A stretch of 32,000 nt of DNA from Longivirga aurantiaca (lineage in GTDB: Bacteria > Actinomycetota > Actinomycetes > S36-B12 > CAIYMF01): NCBI RefSeq assembly GCF_042660085.1, contig NZ_JBHSTI010000008.1, positions 900,001 through 932,000 of the forward strand, given 5' to 3'. The notes under the pieces are model-generated. The model had not been told where the DNA came from. It saw only the letters and a program-made list of their open reading frames with translations, and searched no databases. Position numbers and translations under genes: made by a program. Positions 19,414 through 27,946 of this stretch are shown here, piece after piece (the stretch's first letter is position 1; every line of letters starts with the position of its first letter).

Positions 19414-20222
19414 GTCGTCTCCCTCGTCGGCACGGTCAGGGTGGGCAGGATCCGGTCGTAGGCGCCCGCCCGCCAGCCGCGGTGAAGGCGGAGGGCGAGC
19501 AGCGGTGAGAGCACCAGGATGAAGACCTGGGATCGGGTGAGGCCGAGGAGGTCCGGCGGGTTGGCCCGCGTGAACTCGACGCCGAAGCGGAACAGGGCGT
19601 ACGCCGCGATGAACAGCACGAAGGTCTCGCCGGGCGCCTCGATGCGGTCGCGGACCGCCCGCAGCGCGAGGAAGGCGAGGACCAGGAAGGCGATCTCGTA
19701 CAGGAACGACGGGTGCATCGGCACCCCGGCGAGGCAGCCCGGGCACTCCGGGATGCTCGCCGCGACGGCCGGGTCGACGGTGATCCCCCAGGGGAGCGAC
19801 GTCGGTCGGCCCGGAGCCTCGGCGAGCAGGCAGCCGATGCGGCCCACGGCCAGGCCGACCGCCACGGCCGGTGCGAAGAGGTCGCCGGTGCGACCGGAGT
19901 AGCCGCCCACCCGTTTGCCGACCAGTGCCCCGACGTAGGCGCCGGTGAGGCCGCCGAGGATGCTGCGCCCGCCCTCGCTCCACGCCCACGCGAGCACGCC
20001 GCCGCCGTCCTGCGTCGCGGCGTCGAGGATGCCGGCGAGGCGCGCTCCGAGCGCGCCTCCGACGACGATGCCGGCCACGACCGGGATGAGCCGCTCGTCC
20101 CACATGCGGCGACGGCGTGTCTCGAGCAGGAAGACGGCCAGGCCCGCGAGGAAGCCGAGGCCGACGAAGAACTCGTGGCTGGGCACGGACAGCCCGCCGA
20201 GAGTGAAGAGCGTAGGGTGCAC
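19410..20222 (-). CDS. Prolipoprotein diacylglyceryl transferase (Lgt)-like family protein, divergent
   Basis: PSHEFFVGLGFLAGLAVFLLETRRRR...GGRSILGGLTGAYVGALVGKRVGGYSGRTGDLFAPAVAVGLAVGRIGCLLAEAPGRPTSLPWGITVD...PSFLYEIAFLVLAF...YALFRFGVEFTRANPPDLLGLTRSQVFIL. GTG at 20222. Confidence 0.85.
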   Translation of the reverse strand: MHPTLFTLGGLSVPSHEFFVGLGFLAGLAVFLLETRRRRMWDERLIPVVAGIVVGGALGARLAGILDAATQDGGGVLAWAWSEGGRSILGGLTGAYVGALVGKRVGGYSGRTGDLFAPAVAVGLAVGRIGCLLAEAPGRPTSLPWGITVDPAVAASIPECPGCLAGVPMHPSFLYEIAFLVLAFLALRAVRDRIEAPGETFVLFIAAYALFRFGVEFTRANPPDLLGLTRSQVFILVLSPLLALRLHRGWRAGAYDRILPTLTVPTRETT

Positions 20223-20311
20223 GTCCTCCCCCTCCCGCGGGCGTCCCCGGTGCACTACGTCGTACGGTAGCCAAAGGGGCGGCCCGAAGAGCGCCCTCCG
20301 GGTAGGTCGCC

Positions 20312-20842
20312 ATGGTCGTCGTCGGCATCGTCGTCATGATCTGGTGCGCCCTGCGCATCGCCGAGCACGTCCTGTCCGTCCTCGACACGGTCGTCCTGCG
20401 CGAGGAGGGCGCGGTCGAGGCGTGCTCCCGCCAGCACGTGCCCCTGCTGCTGGCCAACCTCGCCGTGCCCGCCCTGGTGCTCGCCGCCTGCTGGCTGGCC
20501 GTGCGCAGGGGGGAGCCGGTCACGGTCGGTCCCGCAACCTGGGCCTGGCTCGCCGTGCTCGTCGTTGCCGAGTGCGTGCACTGGTGGGCCATCGCCACGC
20601 TCGGCCGCCGGTGGACCACGGGGGTGCTGGTGCTGCCCGGAGAGGCGCCGGTGGTCCGAGGGCCCTACCGGTGGCTGCGGCACCCCGGCTACGCCGCCGG
20701 CGTGACGTCAGCCGTGGCGCTGCCCCTCGTGGCAGGAGCCTGGGTCGTGGCGGCACCGGTCGCGGTGATGTTCGCGGTCGTCGTCGTACTGCGCGTGCGG
20801 TGCGAGGACCGCGCCTGGCTCGACGTGGGCGCCGCGGCCTGA
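20312..20842 (+). CDS. Isoprenylcysteine carboxyl methyltransferase (ICMT)/phospholipid methyltransferase-like membrane protein
   Basis: Multi-TM protein with LVVAECVHWWAIATLGRRWTTGVLVLPGEAPVVRGPYRWLRHPGYAAGVTSAVALPLVAG...RVRCEDRAWLDVG; the GPYRWLRHPGYAAG block is typical of the family. Confidence 0.82.
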   Translation: MVVVGIVVMIWCALRIAEHVLSVLDTVVLREEGAVEACSRQHVPLLLANLAVPALVLAACWLAVRRGEPVTVGPATWAWLAVLVVAECVHWWAIATLGRRWTTGVLVLPGEAPVVRGPYRWLRHPGYAAGVTSAVALPLVAGAWVVAAPVAVMFAVVVVLRVRCEDRAWLDVGAAA

Positions 20843-20907
20843 CGCTCGGCCTGCGCCGTCCCCGGTCCGTCCCCGCGAGCCCATGCGTCCGTGGGGGTCG
20901 GTGGGGC

Positions 20908-22314
20908 TCAGTGGCCGCCGAGCAGCGGCGCGAGGATCTCGGCGCGGCGTGCGGGCTTCCCGGTGCGTGCCTCGACCCCGTCGGCCGATCCCATCACGCG
21001 CAGGCCGAGGTTGACCCCGAGCCAGCGGAACGGCTCGGGCTCCCAGCGCCGCTGGCGCCGGTTGACCCACGGAAGCCCGGTGCGGTCGGTGGCCTCGCCG
21101 CGCAGCAGGTCGGCGAGCGTGCGACCTGCGAGGTTGCTCGACGCGACGCCGTCCCCGACGTAGCCGCCCGCCGAGCCGAGCCCCGTCGCGGCGTCGAACG
21201 CCACGGTCGGGAACCAGTCGCGCGGGATGCCGAGAGGGCCGCCCCAGCGGTGGGTGACGGCGTGCCCGTGCAGCGACGGGAACAGGTCCCTCAGCACCCG
21301 CCATAGCTCGTCGTACACGCCGGGGTCGCGATCGAACTCCGGCCGGATCGTCGAGCCGAAGTGGTACGGCGCCCCGCGCCCGCCGAAGGCGAAGCGGTCG
21401 TCGGCAGTCCGCTGGCCGTAGATGATCAGATGGCGGTGGTCGTTGAAGGTCTCCCCGCGGCGCAGGCCGATCTCCGACCACAGCTCTGCCGGCAGCGGCT
21501 CGGTGGCCAGCATGAGCGAGTACACGGGTGCGATGTCGCGCTGGTGCCCGGGCAGCTGCGAGGTCCACGCCTCCGTGGCGCGCACGATCCGGCGGGCGGC
21601 GACGTCGCCGCGCTCCGTGCGCACCAGGCCCGGCTCGATCGCGGTTACGCGCGTGTCCTCGTGGATCGTGACACCGAGCCGCTCGACCGCGAGCGCGAGA
21701 CCGCGCACGAGGCGTGCGGGGTGGATCGAGGCGCAGTGAGGGGTGCGCGTGGCGCCGAGCACGTCGGTGGCCGAGAGCAGCTGGTACGTCTCGTCGGGCG
21801 AGAGCAGGCTGAAGTCGTCGGGGCCGAATCCCCACGCCCGCGCGTCCTCGATCTCTGCCTTCGCACGCTCGAGCTGGAGCGGCGTTCGGGCGAGCGTGAT
21901 GACGCCGCCCTTGCGGTAGTGGCAGTCGATGCCCTCGGCAGCCGCGACCCTGCCGACCTCGTCGACCGTGTCGAACATCGCCCGCTGCAGGGCGACTGCG
22001 TCCTCGCGCGACGACTCCGCGGCGACCTTCGACCACGAGGTGGGGAACAGCGCCGAGGCCCAGCCTCCGTTGCGGCCGCTGGCACCGAAGCCGGCCACCT
22101 GGGCCTCGAGCACCACGATGCGCAGGGTCGGATCGGCCTTGGCCAGGTAGTAGGCCGTCCAGAGCCCGGTGTAGCCGCCGCCGACGATCGCGACGTCGGC
22201 CTCGGTGGAGCTGGCGAGGGGTGCGCGCTGCGGGCCGACGAGGTCGTCGGGCAGCGTGTCCCACCAGAGCGAGAGGTCGCGCAGCGCGGCCTGGTCGACG
22301 CTCACCGGGTCCAC
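20908..22314 (-). CDS. FAD-dependent oxidoreductase (DAO / PuuB-like)
   Basis: LWWDTLPDDLVGPQRAPLASSTEADVAIVGGGYTGLWTAYYLAKADPTLRIVVLEAQVAGFGASGRNGGWASALFPTSW, with an FAD-binding GxGxxG-type motif. GTG start at 22314 or 22305. Confidence 0.92.
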   Translation of the reverse strand: MDPVSVDQAALRDLSLWWDTLPDDLVGPQRAPLASSTEADVAIVGGGYTGLWTAYYLAKADPTLRIVVLEAQVAGFGASGRNGGWASALFPTSWSKVAAESSREDAVALQRAMFDTVDEVGRVAAAEGIDCHYRKGGVITLARTPLQLERAKAEIEDARAWGFGPDDFSLLSPDETYQLLSATDVLGATRTPHCASIHPARLVRGLALAVERLGVTIHEDTRVTAIEPGLVRTERGDVAARRIVRATEAWTSQLPGHQRDIAPVYSLMLATEPLPAELWSEIGLRRGETFNDHRHLIIYGQRTADDRFAFGGRGAPYHFGSTIRPEFDRDPGVYDELWRVLRDLFPSLHGHAVTHRWGGPLGIPRDWFPTVAFDAATGLGSAGGYVGDGVASSNLAGRTLADLLRGEATDRTGLPWVNRRQRRWEPEPFRWLGVNLGLRVMGSADGVEARTGKPARRAEILAPLLGGH

Positions 22315-22961
22315 GCCTTCACATACTCGGGCACGGGGTACGCCGCGCCGCGCTCGTCCGGACGTGGCTCGCCGAACACTTCGCGGATCGGCACGACGCC
22401 GCCCCACACCGGCCGGTCGACATCCTGCGGGTCGTCGTCCGGGTCGCTTGCGCTGATCTTCACGCTGACCTCGTCGAGGGGCAGCGCAAGCATCAGCGTG
22501 GCGGCGAGCTCCTTCTTCGACGGCTCGCGGATGTCGTCCCACCGGCCGGGCAGCAGGTGGTCGGAGATGATCCGCAGCGCGTCGTCCTTGTCGTCGCCCT
22601 CGAGCACGGTGCACGTGCCCAGCACCATCGCGCCGCGGTAGTGCATCGAGCTCTCGAACGCCGAGCGCGCGAGCACCAGCCCGTCCAGCAGGGTCACGGT
22701 GAAGCAGGTGGGGGAGCCCTCGGCGAGCGCCCGGAACAGGCGCGAGCCGGTCGAGCCGTGGAAGAGCACCCGCTCGCCGTCGCGTGCGTACGCGACGGGC
22801 ACGACGTACGGCTGACCGTCGTCCACGACGGCGACGTGGGCGACCAGGCCCGCGTCGAGCACCGTGTGCAGCACGGAGCGGTCGGTGACGGCCTTCTCCG
22901 GGATGCGGCGCACACGCGTGCGCTCGGTCGAACCGGGTGCCGGCAGGTCGGGCGTGCTCAC
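22302..22961 (-). CDS. Pyridoxamine 5'-phosphate oxidase family protein
   Basis: VLHTVLDAGLVAHVAVVDDGQPYVVPVAYARDGERVLFHGSTGSRLFRALAEGSPTCFTVTLLDGLVLARSAFESSMHYRGAMVLG (flavin-binding split-barrel type). Confidence 0.88.
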   Translation of the reverse strand: MSTPDLPAPGSTERTRVRRIPEKAVTDRSVLHTVLDAGLVAHVAVVDDGQPYVVPVAYARDGERVLFHGSTGSRLFRALAEGSPTCFTVTLLDGLVLARSAFESSMHYRGAMVLGTCTVLEGDDKDDALRIISDHLLPGRWDDIREPSKKELAATLMLALPLDEVSVKISASDPDDDPQDVDRPVWGGVVPIREVFGEPRPDERGAAYPVPEYVKAWTR

Positions 22962-23050
22962 GATGGGTCCTCGTTGGCTCGGGCTGGGTGCGCCGAAGGG
23001 CCCCGGACCGTGCCGTGATGCACGTCAGGGACCCTTCGGCGGCAACGGTT

Positions 23051-24448
23051 CTAGAGGATGTTCATGCCCTCGGTGAGGACCTTGCGCAGGATCTGCTCGA
23101 TCTCGTCGAACTCGGGCTGGCCGATGGTCAGCGGCGGCGCGAGCTGGACGACGGGGTCGCCACGGTCGTCGGCACGGCAGTAGAGGCCGGCGTCGAAGAG
23201 CGCCTTGGACAGGAAGCCGCGCAGCAGACGCTCGGCCTCGTCGTCGTTGAACGTCTCCTTGGTGGCCTTGTCCTTGACGAGCTCGATCCCGTAGAAGTAC
23301 CCGGCACCGCGGACGTCGCCGACGATCGGCAGGTCGAGCAGCTTGGACAGCGTGGCCTTGAACGCGGCCTCGTTGTCGCGCACGTGCTGGTTGAGGCCCT
23401 CGCGCTCGAAGACGTCGAGGTTGGCCAGCGCCACCGCGGCCGAGACCGGGTGACCGCCGAAGGTGTAGCCGTGGGCGAAGTACGTCGAGCCGTGCTTGAA
23501 GGGCTCGAACAGGCGGTCGCTCGCGATCATGGCGCCGATGGGCGCGTAGCCGGAGGTCATGCCCTTGGCGCACGTGATGATGTCGGGCGTCACGCCGAAG
23601 CGCGACATCGCGAACATCTCGCCGATGCGGCCGAAGGCGCAGATGGTCTCGTCGGCGACCATCAGCACGTCGTACCGGTCGCAGATCTCGCGCACGCGCT
23701 CGAGGTAGCCGGGGGGCGGCGGGAAGCAGCCGCCCGAGTTCTGCACCGGCTCGAGGAAGACGGCGGCCACGGTGTCGGGGCCCTCGAACTCGATCGCCTC
23801 GGCGATGCGGTCGGCGGCCCAGCGGCCGAACGCCTCGATGTCGTCGCCGTGCTGCTGCGCCCGGTAGAAGTTCGTGTTCGGCACCTTGTGCGTGCCCGGC
23901 ACCAGCGGCTCGAAGTACTTCTTGGCATCCGGGATGCCGGTGATCGACAGCGCACCCTGCGGCGTGCCGTGGTACGCCACGTTGCGGCTGATCACCTTGT
24001 GCTTCATGGGCTTTCCGGTGAGCTTGAAGTACTGCTTCGCGAGCTTCCACGCAGTCTCGACGGCCTCGCCGCCGCCGGTCGTGAAGAACACCCGGTTGAG
24101 GTCGCCGGGGGTGTACTGCACGAGGCGCTCGGCCAGCTCGATCGCGGCCGGGTGGGCGTACGACCACAGCGGGAAGAAGGCGAGCTCGGACATCTGCTTC
24201 TGCGCGGCGGCCGCGAGCTCGGTGCGTCCGTGGCCGGCCTGCACGGTGAAGAGGCCGGCGAGCCCGTCGATGTAGCGGTTGCCCTGGTCGTCCCAGATGT
24301 GGTGGCCCTCGCCGCGGACGATGATCGGGACGTGGCCGCCCTGCTCGTAGACGGAGTGGCGCGTGAAGTGCATCCATAGGTGGTCGCGGGCCTTGTCGGC
24401 CAGCTTGTCGTCGCCAGGCTCGCTCACGTACTGCGGTGACGTGGTCAT
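23051..24448 (-). CDS. Class III (PLP-dependent) omega-aminotransferase
   Basis: HVPIIVRGEGHHIWDDQGNRYIDGLAGLFTVQAGHGRTELAAAAQKQMSELAFFPLWSYAHPAAIELAERL...VFFTTGGGEAVETAWKLAKQYFKLTG...MVADETICAFGRIGEMF...IITCAKGMTSGYAPIGAMIASDR. Confidence 0.95.
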   Translation of the reverse strand: MTTSPQYVSEPGDDKLADKARDHLWMHFTRHSVYEQGGHVPIIVRGEGHHIWDDQGNRYIDGLAGLFTVQAGHGRTELAAAAQKQMSELAFFPLWSYAHPAAIELAERLVQYTPGDLNRVFFTTGGGEAVETAWKLAKQYFKLTGKPMKHKVISRNVAYHGTPQGALSITGIPDAKKYFEPLVPGTHKVPNTNFYRAQQHGDDIEAFGRWAADRIAEAIEFEGPDTVAAVFLEPVQNSGGCFPPPPGYLERVREICDRYDVLMVADETICAFGRIGEMFAMSRFGVTPDIITCAKGMTSGYAPIGAMIASDRLFEPFKHGSTYFAHGYTFGGHPVSAAVALANLDVFEREGLNQHVRDNEAAFKATLSKLLDLPIVGDVRGAGYFYGIELVKDKATKETFNDDEAERLLRGFLSKALFDAGLYCRADDRGDPVVQLAPPLTIGQPEFDEIEQILRKVLTEGMNIL

Positions 24449-24927
24449 CGGGTACCCCAGGTGTAGATCTGCTTGCGGAGCTTCAGGTAGACGAAGGTCT
24501 CCGTGTTTCGCACGCCCGGGATGGCCCGGACGCGGCGGTTGACCACCTCGAGGAGGTGGTCGTCGTCCTCGCACACGACTTCGGCGAGGATGTCGTAGCC
24601 GCCGGCGGTGATGACGAGGTAGTCGACCTCGGTCATCGCGGCCATCGCCTCGGCCACGGCTTCGACGTCCCCGTCGCAGCGGACGCCGAGCATGGCCGCG
24701 CGCGGGAACCCGACCTGCATCGGGTCGGTCACGGCGACGATCTGCATGACACCGGACTCGATGAGCCGCTGGACGCGCTGGCGCACGGCCGCCTCGGAGA
24801 GGCCGACGGCCTTCCCGATGGAGGCGTACGGCCGACGGCCGTCCTCCTGCAACTGCTCGATGATGGCCTTGCTCACGTCGTCCAGGTGGGCGTAGGCCAT
24901 CCGCTCCCGTGTCACCACGTCAGGCAT
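24445..24927 (-). CDS. Lrp/AsnC-family transcriptional regulator
   Basis: HLDDVSKAIIEQLQEDGRRPYASIGKAVGLSEAAVRQRVQRLIESGVMQIVAVTDP, plus a RAM/AsnC ligand domain. Overlaps the aminotransferase start by 4 bp. Confidence 0.94.
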   Translation of the reverse strand: MPDVVTRERMAYAHLDDVSKAIIEQLQEDGRRPYASIGKAVGLSEAAVRQRVQRLIESGVMQIVAVTDPMQVGFPRAAMLGVRCDGDVEAVAEAMAAMTEVDYLVITAGGYDILAEVVCEDDDHLLEVVNRRVRAIPGVRNTETFVYLKLRKQIYTWGTR

Positions 24928-24956
24928 CGTCCGGGATGCGAGGGGGGCTTGGCAAG

Positions 24957-24994
24957 CGAATCCGTGGTGAGTTCGGTGTTTTGTTGCGGATTCG
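24957..24994. promoter_or_regulatory. Candidate Lrp/AsnC operator: inverted repeat CGAATCCG-N22-CGGATTCG
   Basis: 8-bp arms at 24957-24964 and 24987-24994 (half-site spacing 30 bp, about three helical turns), in the divergent region between the Lrp/AsnC gene and the aldehyde dehydrogenase gene. Confidence 0.45.
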
Positions 24995-25153
24995 GTGGCA
25001 AATCGGGTTCAGACCTGTCGAGAATCGAACCTGACGACTAAGGTGTGCGCAGCCGGGCATGCGACCAGCGACCCCCGGTGACCCCGTACGCACCCGCTCC
25101 GCCAGCATGGCCGGGCAGACCCATCGTCGCCACCGAACCCGAGAGGAAGACCC

Positions 25154-26521
25154 ATGACCGACTACGCCGTCGTGAACCCTGCGACCGGCTCCGTCCTCAA
25201 GGAGTACCCGACGATCGGCGACGCCGATCTCGACAGCGCCGTGGCGCGCGCGCACGCCGCCCGCGGGCCCTGGGGCCGGGACACCACCGTCGCCGAGCGC
25301 GCGGCGGTCATCCGCCGCGTGGCCGAGCTGCACGAGGAGCGCAAGCAGGAGCTCGGCGAGATCATCTCCCGCGAGATGGGCAAGCCCGTGGCCCAGGGCG
25401 TGGGCGAGGTCGAGTTCAGCGCGGCCATCTACGAGTACTACGCCGACAACGCCGAGAAGTTCCTGGCCGACGAGCCGATCGACCTGCTCGCGGGCGAGGG
25501 CACCGCGGTCATCCGCCGCAGCCCCGTGGGCGTGCTGCTCGGGATCATGCCGTGGAACTTCCCCTACTACCAGGTCGCTCGTTTCGCGGGCCCGAACCTC
25601 ATCATCGGCAACACCGTGCTGCTCAAGCACGCGCCGCAGTGCCCCGAGTCGGCCGCCGCGATGGAGCAGATCTTCCGCGACGCCGGCGTGCCCGCCGACG
25701 CGTACATCAACATCTACGCCACCAACGACCAGGTCTCGAAGCTCATCGCCGACCCGCGCGTGCAGGGCATCTCCCTCACCGGCTCGGGCCGCGCCGGTGC
25801 CGCCGTCGCCGAGCAGGCCGGACGTCACTTGAAGAAGGTCGTCCTCGAGCTCGGTGGCAGCGACCCGTTCATCGTGCTCGGCACCGACGACATGGACGCC
25901 ACCGTCGAGGCCGCGACCACCGCGCGCATGGACAACGCCGGCCAGGCCTGCAACGCGGGCAAGCGCTTCATCGTCGTCGAGAACCTCTACGACGAGTTCG
26001 TCGAGAAGTTCACCGCCGCCGTGACCGGCATGCAGTACGGCGACCCGTCCGCCGAGGGCACGGCGTATGGCCCGCTGTCCTCCGCGCTCGCGGCGGACCG
26101 TCTCGAGGAGCAGGTGAAGCAGGCGACCGCCGACGGCGCGGTGCTCACCGGCGGTGCGCGCAACGGCAACTTCGTGCAGGGCGGTGTGCTCACCAACGTG
26201 CTGCCGGGCAACTCGGCGTACGGCCAGGAGCTCTTCGGCCCCATCGCGCAGGTCTACAAGGCCGCCGACGAGGCCGAGGCCGTCCGCCTCGCCAACGACA
26301 CCGAGTACGGCCTCGGCAGCTACGTCTTCACGAACGACTTGGAGCAGGCGCTGCGCGTCGCCGACCAGATCGAGGCCGGCATGGTGTTCGTCAACTGCGT
26401 CGGCGCCGACGGCGTCGAGCTGCCCTTCGGCGGCATCAAGGCCTCGGGCTTCGGTCGCGAGCTCGGCCGGTACGGCATGGAGGAGTTCGTCAACAAGAAG
26501 CTCATCCGCGTCAACGCCTGA
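25154..26521 (+). CDS. gabD: NAD(P)-dependent succinate-semialdehyde dehydrogenase-like aldehyde dehydrogenase
   Basis: [28 protein letters not shown]...[36 protein letters not shown]...[37 protein letters not shown]...[14 protein letters not shown]. Confidence 0.9.
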   Translation: MTDYAVVNPATGSVLKEYPTIGDADLDSAVARAHAARGPWGRDTTVAERAAVIRRVAELHEERKQELGEIISREMGKPVAQGVGEVEFSAAIYEYYADNAEKFLADEPIDLLAGEGTAVIRRSPVGVLLGIMPWNFPYYQVARFAGPNLIIGNTVLLKHAPQCPESAAAMEQIFRDAGVPADAYINIYATNDQVSKLIADPRVQGISLTGSGRAGAAVAEQAGRHLKKVVLELGGSDPFIVLGTDDMDATVEAATTARMDNAGQACNAGKRFIVVENLYDEFVEKFTAAVTGMQYGDPSAEGTAYGPLSSALAADRLEEQVKQATADGAVLTGGARNGNFVQGGVLTNVLPGNSAYGQELFGPIAQVYKAADEAEAVRLANDTEYGLGSYVFTNDLEQALRVADQIEAGMVFVNCVGADGVELPFGGIKASGFGRELGRYGMEEFVNKKLIRVNA

Positions 26522-26533
26522 CCCGCATCACGT

Positions 26534-26570
26534 ACGACGGCCCGCACCCCACGGGGGTGCGGGCCGTCGT
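26534..26570. terminator. Strong bidirectional hairpin terminator candidate
   Basis: ACGACGGCCCGCACCCC (26534-26550), loop ACG, GGGGTGCGGGCCGTCGT (26554-26570): perfect 17-bp stem between convergent genes. There is little of the T-tract expected for a canonical rho-independent terminator. Confidence 0.75.
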
Positions 26571-26587
26571 TCTCGACCGCGCAGGCT

Positions 26588-27823
26588 CTACTGCTCGGCA
26601 GACGGGGAGTGGGCGATGTAGGCGAGCTGGCGCCAGACCAGGGCGAGCGTGATGCCGGCGCCGACGAAGGCGAACCAGAAGGGCGCGGTGAGCCCCCAGG
26701 TCTGGGCGATCGCGCCCCCGAGCAGCTGGCCGAGCACGATGCCGCCGAAGACGCACACGCTGTAGACGCTGCCGACCCGGCCCTGCAGCTCCGTGGGGGT
26801 CGCGCGCTGGCGCACCGTCGTGGAGACCGCCCCCCAGACGAAGGCGTACGCCCCGAACACCACCATGATCGCGATCGCCACTGCGCCGGACGGCGCCAGC
26901 GCGAGGGACAGGTGCGTGACCACCTCGAGCAGCAGGCAGGTGCGCATCACGGTGGCGAGGTCGAACCGCCGTTCGATCCAGTCGTACGAGCCCGTGCTCA
27001 CGAGCCCGCCGACGGCAGCGGCCGAGGTCAGGAGGCCGTAGCCCACGGGGCCCATGCCCAGGTGGTCGAGGGCGTAGAGGACGAGCACCGACCAGGCGGC
27101 ACCCCAGGTGATGTTGAACGCCACGATGACGATCGCGAGGGTGCGGACGGCATCGTGGTGCCAGACCCAGCGCAGGCCCTCGCGGATGTCGCGCAGCACG
27201 TGCGTCTGCTCGTCGCCCCGTACTCCGCCCTTCGGCAGGGCGATGCGCGCGACGAGGACGACGGAGAACGCCACGAGCACGCCCTGCGTCACGAACGGCC
27301 ACGCGATGCCCGCGGCGAACAGGAACGCGCCGACGGGCGGCCCGACGATCTGGTTGGCGACGAGGAAGCTGCCCTGGAAGCGGGCGTTGCCGACGCCGAG
27401 GTCCTCGGGCGCCACGAGCATCGGCAGCAGCGTCTGGGACGACGTGTCGGCGAATACCTCCGCGACGCCCAGGAGCAGCATCGCCCCGAGGACGACTCCG
27501 ACGCTCACGTGCCCCGTGACGATGAACGTCGCGAGCACGGCGAGCACCACCGCGCGGGCGGCGTCCGACACCATCACGAGGCGCTTGCGGTCGACGCGGT
27601 CCGCGATCGCCCCGGCGTACAGGCCGAGGACGAGCCACGGGAACCGCTGCAGCAGGGCGGCGAGCGCGACGAGGAATGCGTTGCTGGTCAGCGAGGCCAC
27701 GAGCAGCGGGCCTGCGGCGAGGGCGACACCGTCGCCGATGTTGCTCGTCCAGGACGAGCCGAGCAGCCAGCGGAACCCCGTGCCCATGCGCGGGGGTGCG
27801 ACACGGTCGAGGAGGCGGCTCAC
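26588..27823 (-). CDS. MFS transporter (EntS-like)
   Basis: FRWLLGSSWTSNIGDGVALAAGPLLVASLTSNAFLVALAALLQRFPWLVLGLYAGAIADRVDRKRLVMVSDAARAVVLAVLATFIV..., about 12 TM. Confidence 0.9.
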   Translation of the reverse strand: MSRLLDRVAPPRMGTGFRWLLGSSWTSNIGDGVALAAGPLLVASLTSNAFLVALAALLQRFPWLVLGLYAGAIADRVDRKRLVMVSDAARAVVLAVLATFIVTGHVSVGVVLGAMLLLGVAEVFADTSSQTLLPMLVAPEDLGVGNARFQGSFLVANQIVGPPVGAFLFAAGIAWPFVTQGVLVAFSVVLVARIALPKGGVRGDEQTHVLRDIREGLRWVWHHDAVRTLAIVIVAFNITWGAAWSVLVLYALDHLGMGPVGYGLLTSAAAVGGLVSTGSYDWIERRFDLATVMRTCLLLEVVTHLSLALAPSGAVAIAIMVVFGAYAFVWGAVSTTVRQRATPTELQGRVGSVYSVCVFGGIVLGQLLGGAIAQTWGLTAPFWFAFVGAGITLALVWRQLAYIAHSPSAEQ

Positions 27824-27946
27824 GAGAACGGGAGCCTACGGTCGGGCACGTCCGCGAGTCGCATGCGTTCCGGGCGCCTGCCTGACGCGGCGCGCCACCG
27901 TCGTCAAGGTCGTGCGGGTCCGGCGTACCTCTCCTAGCGTTCGCTC

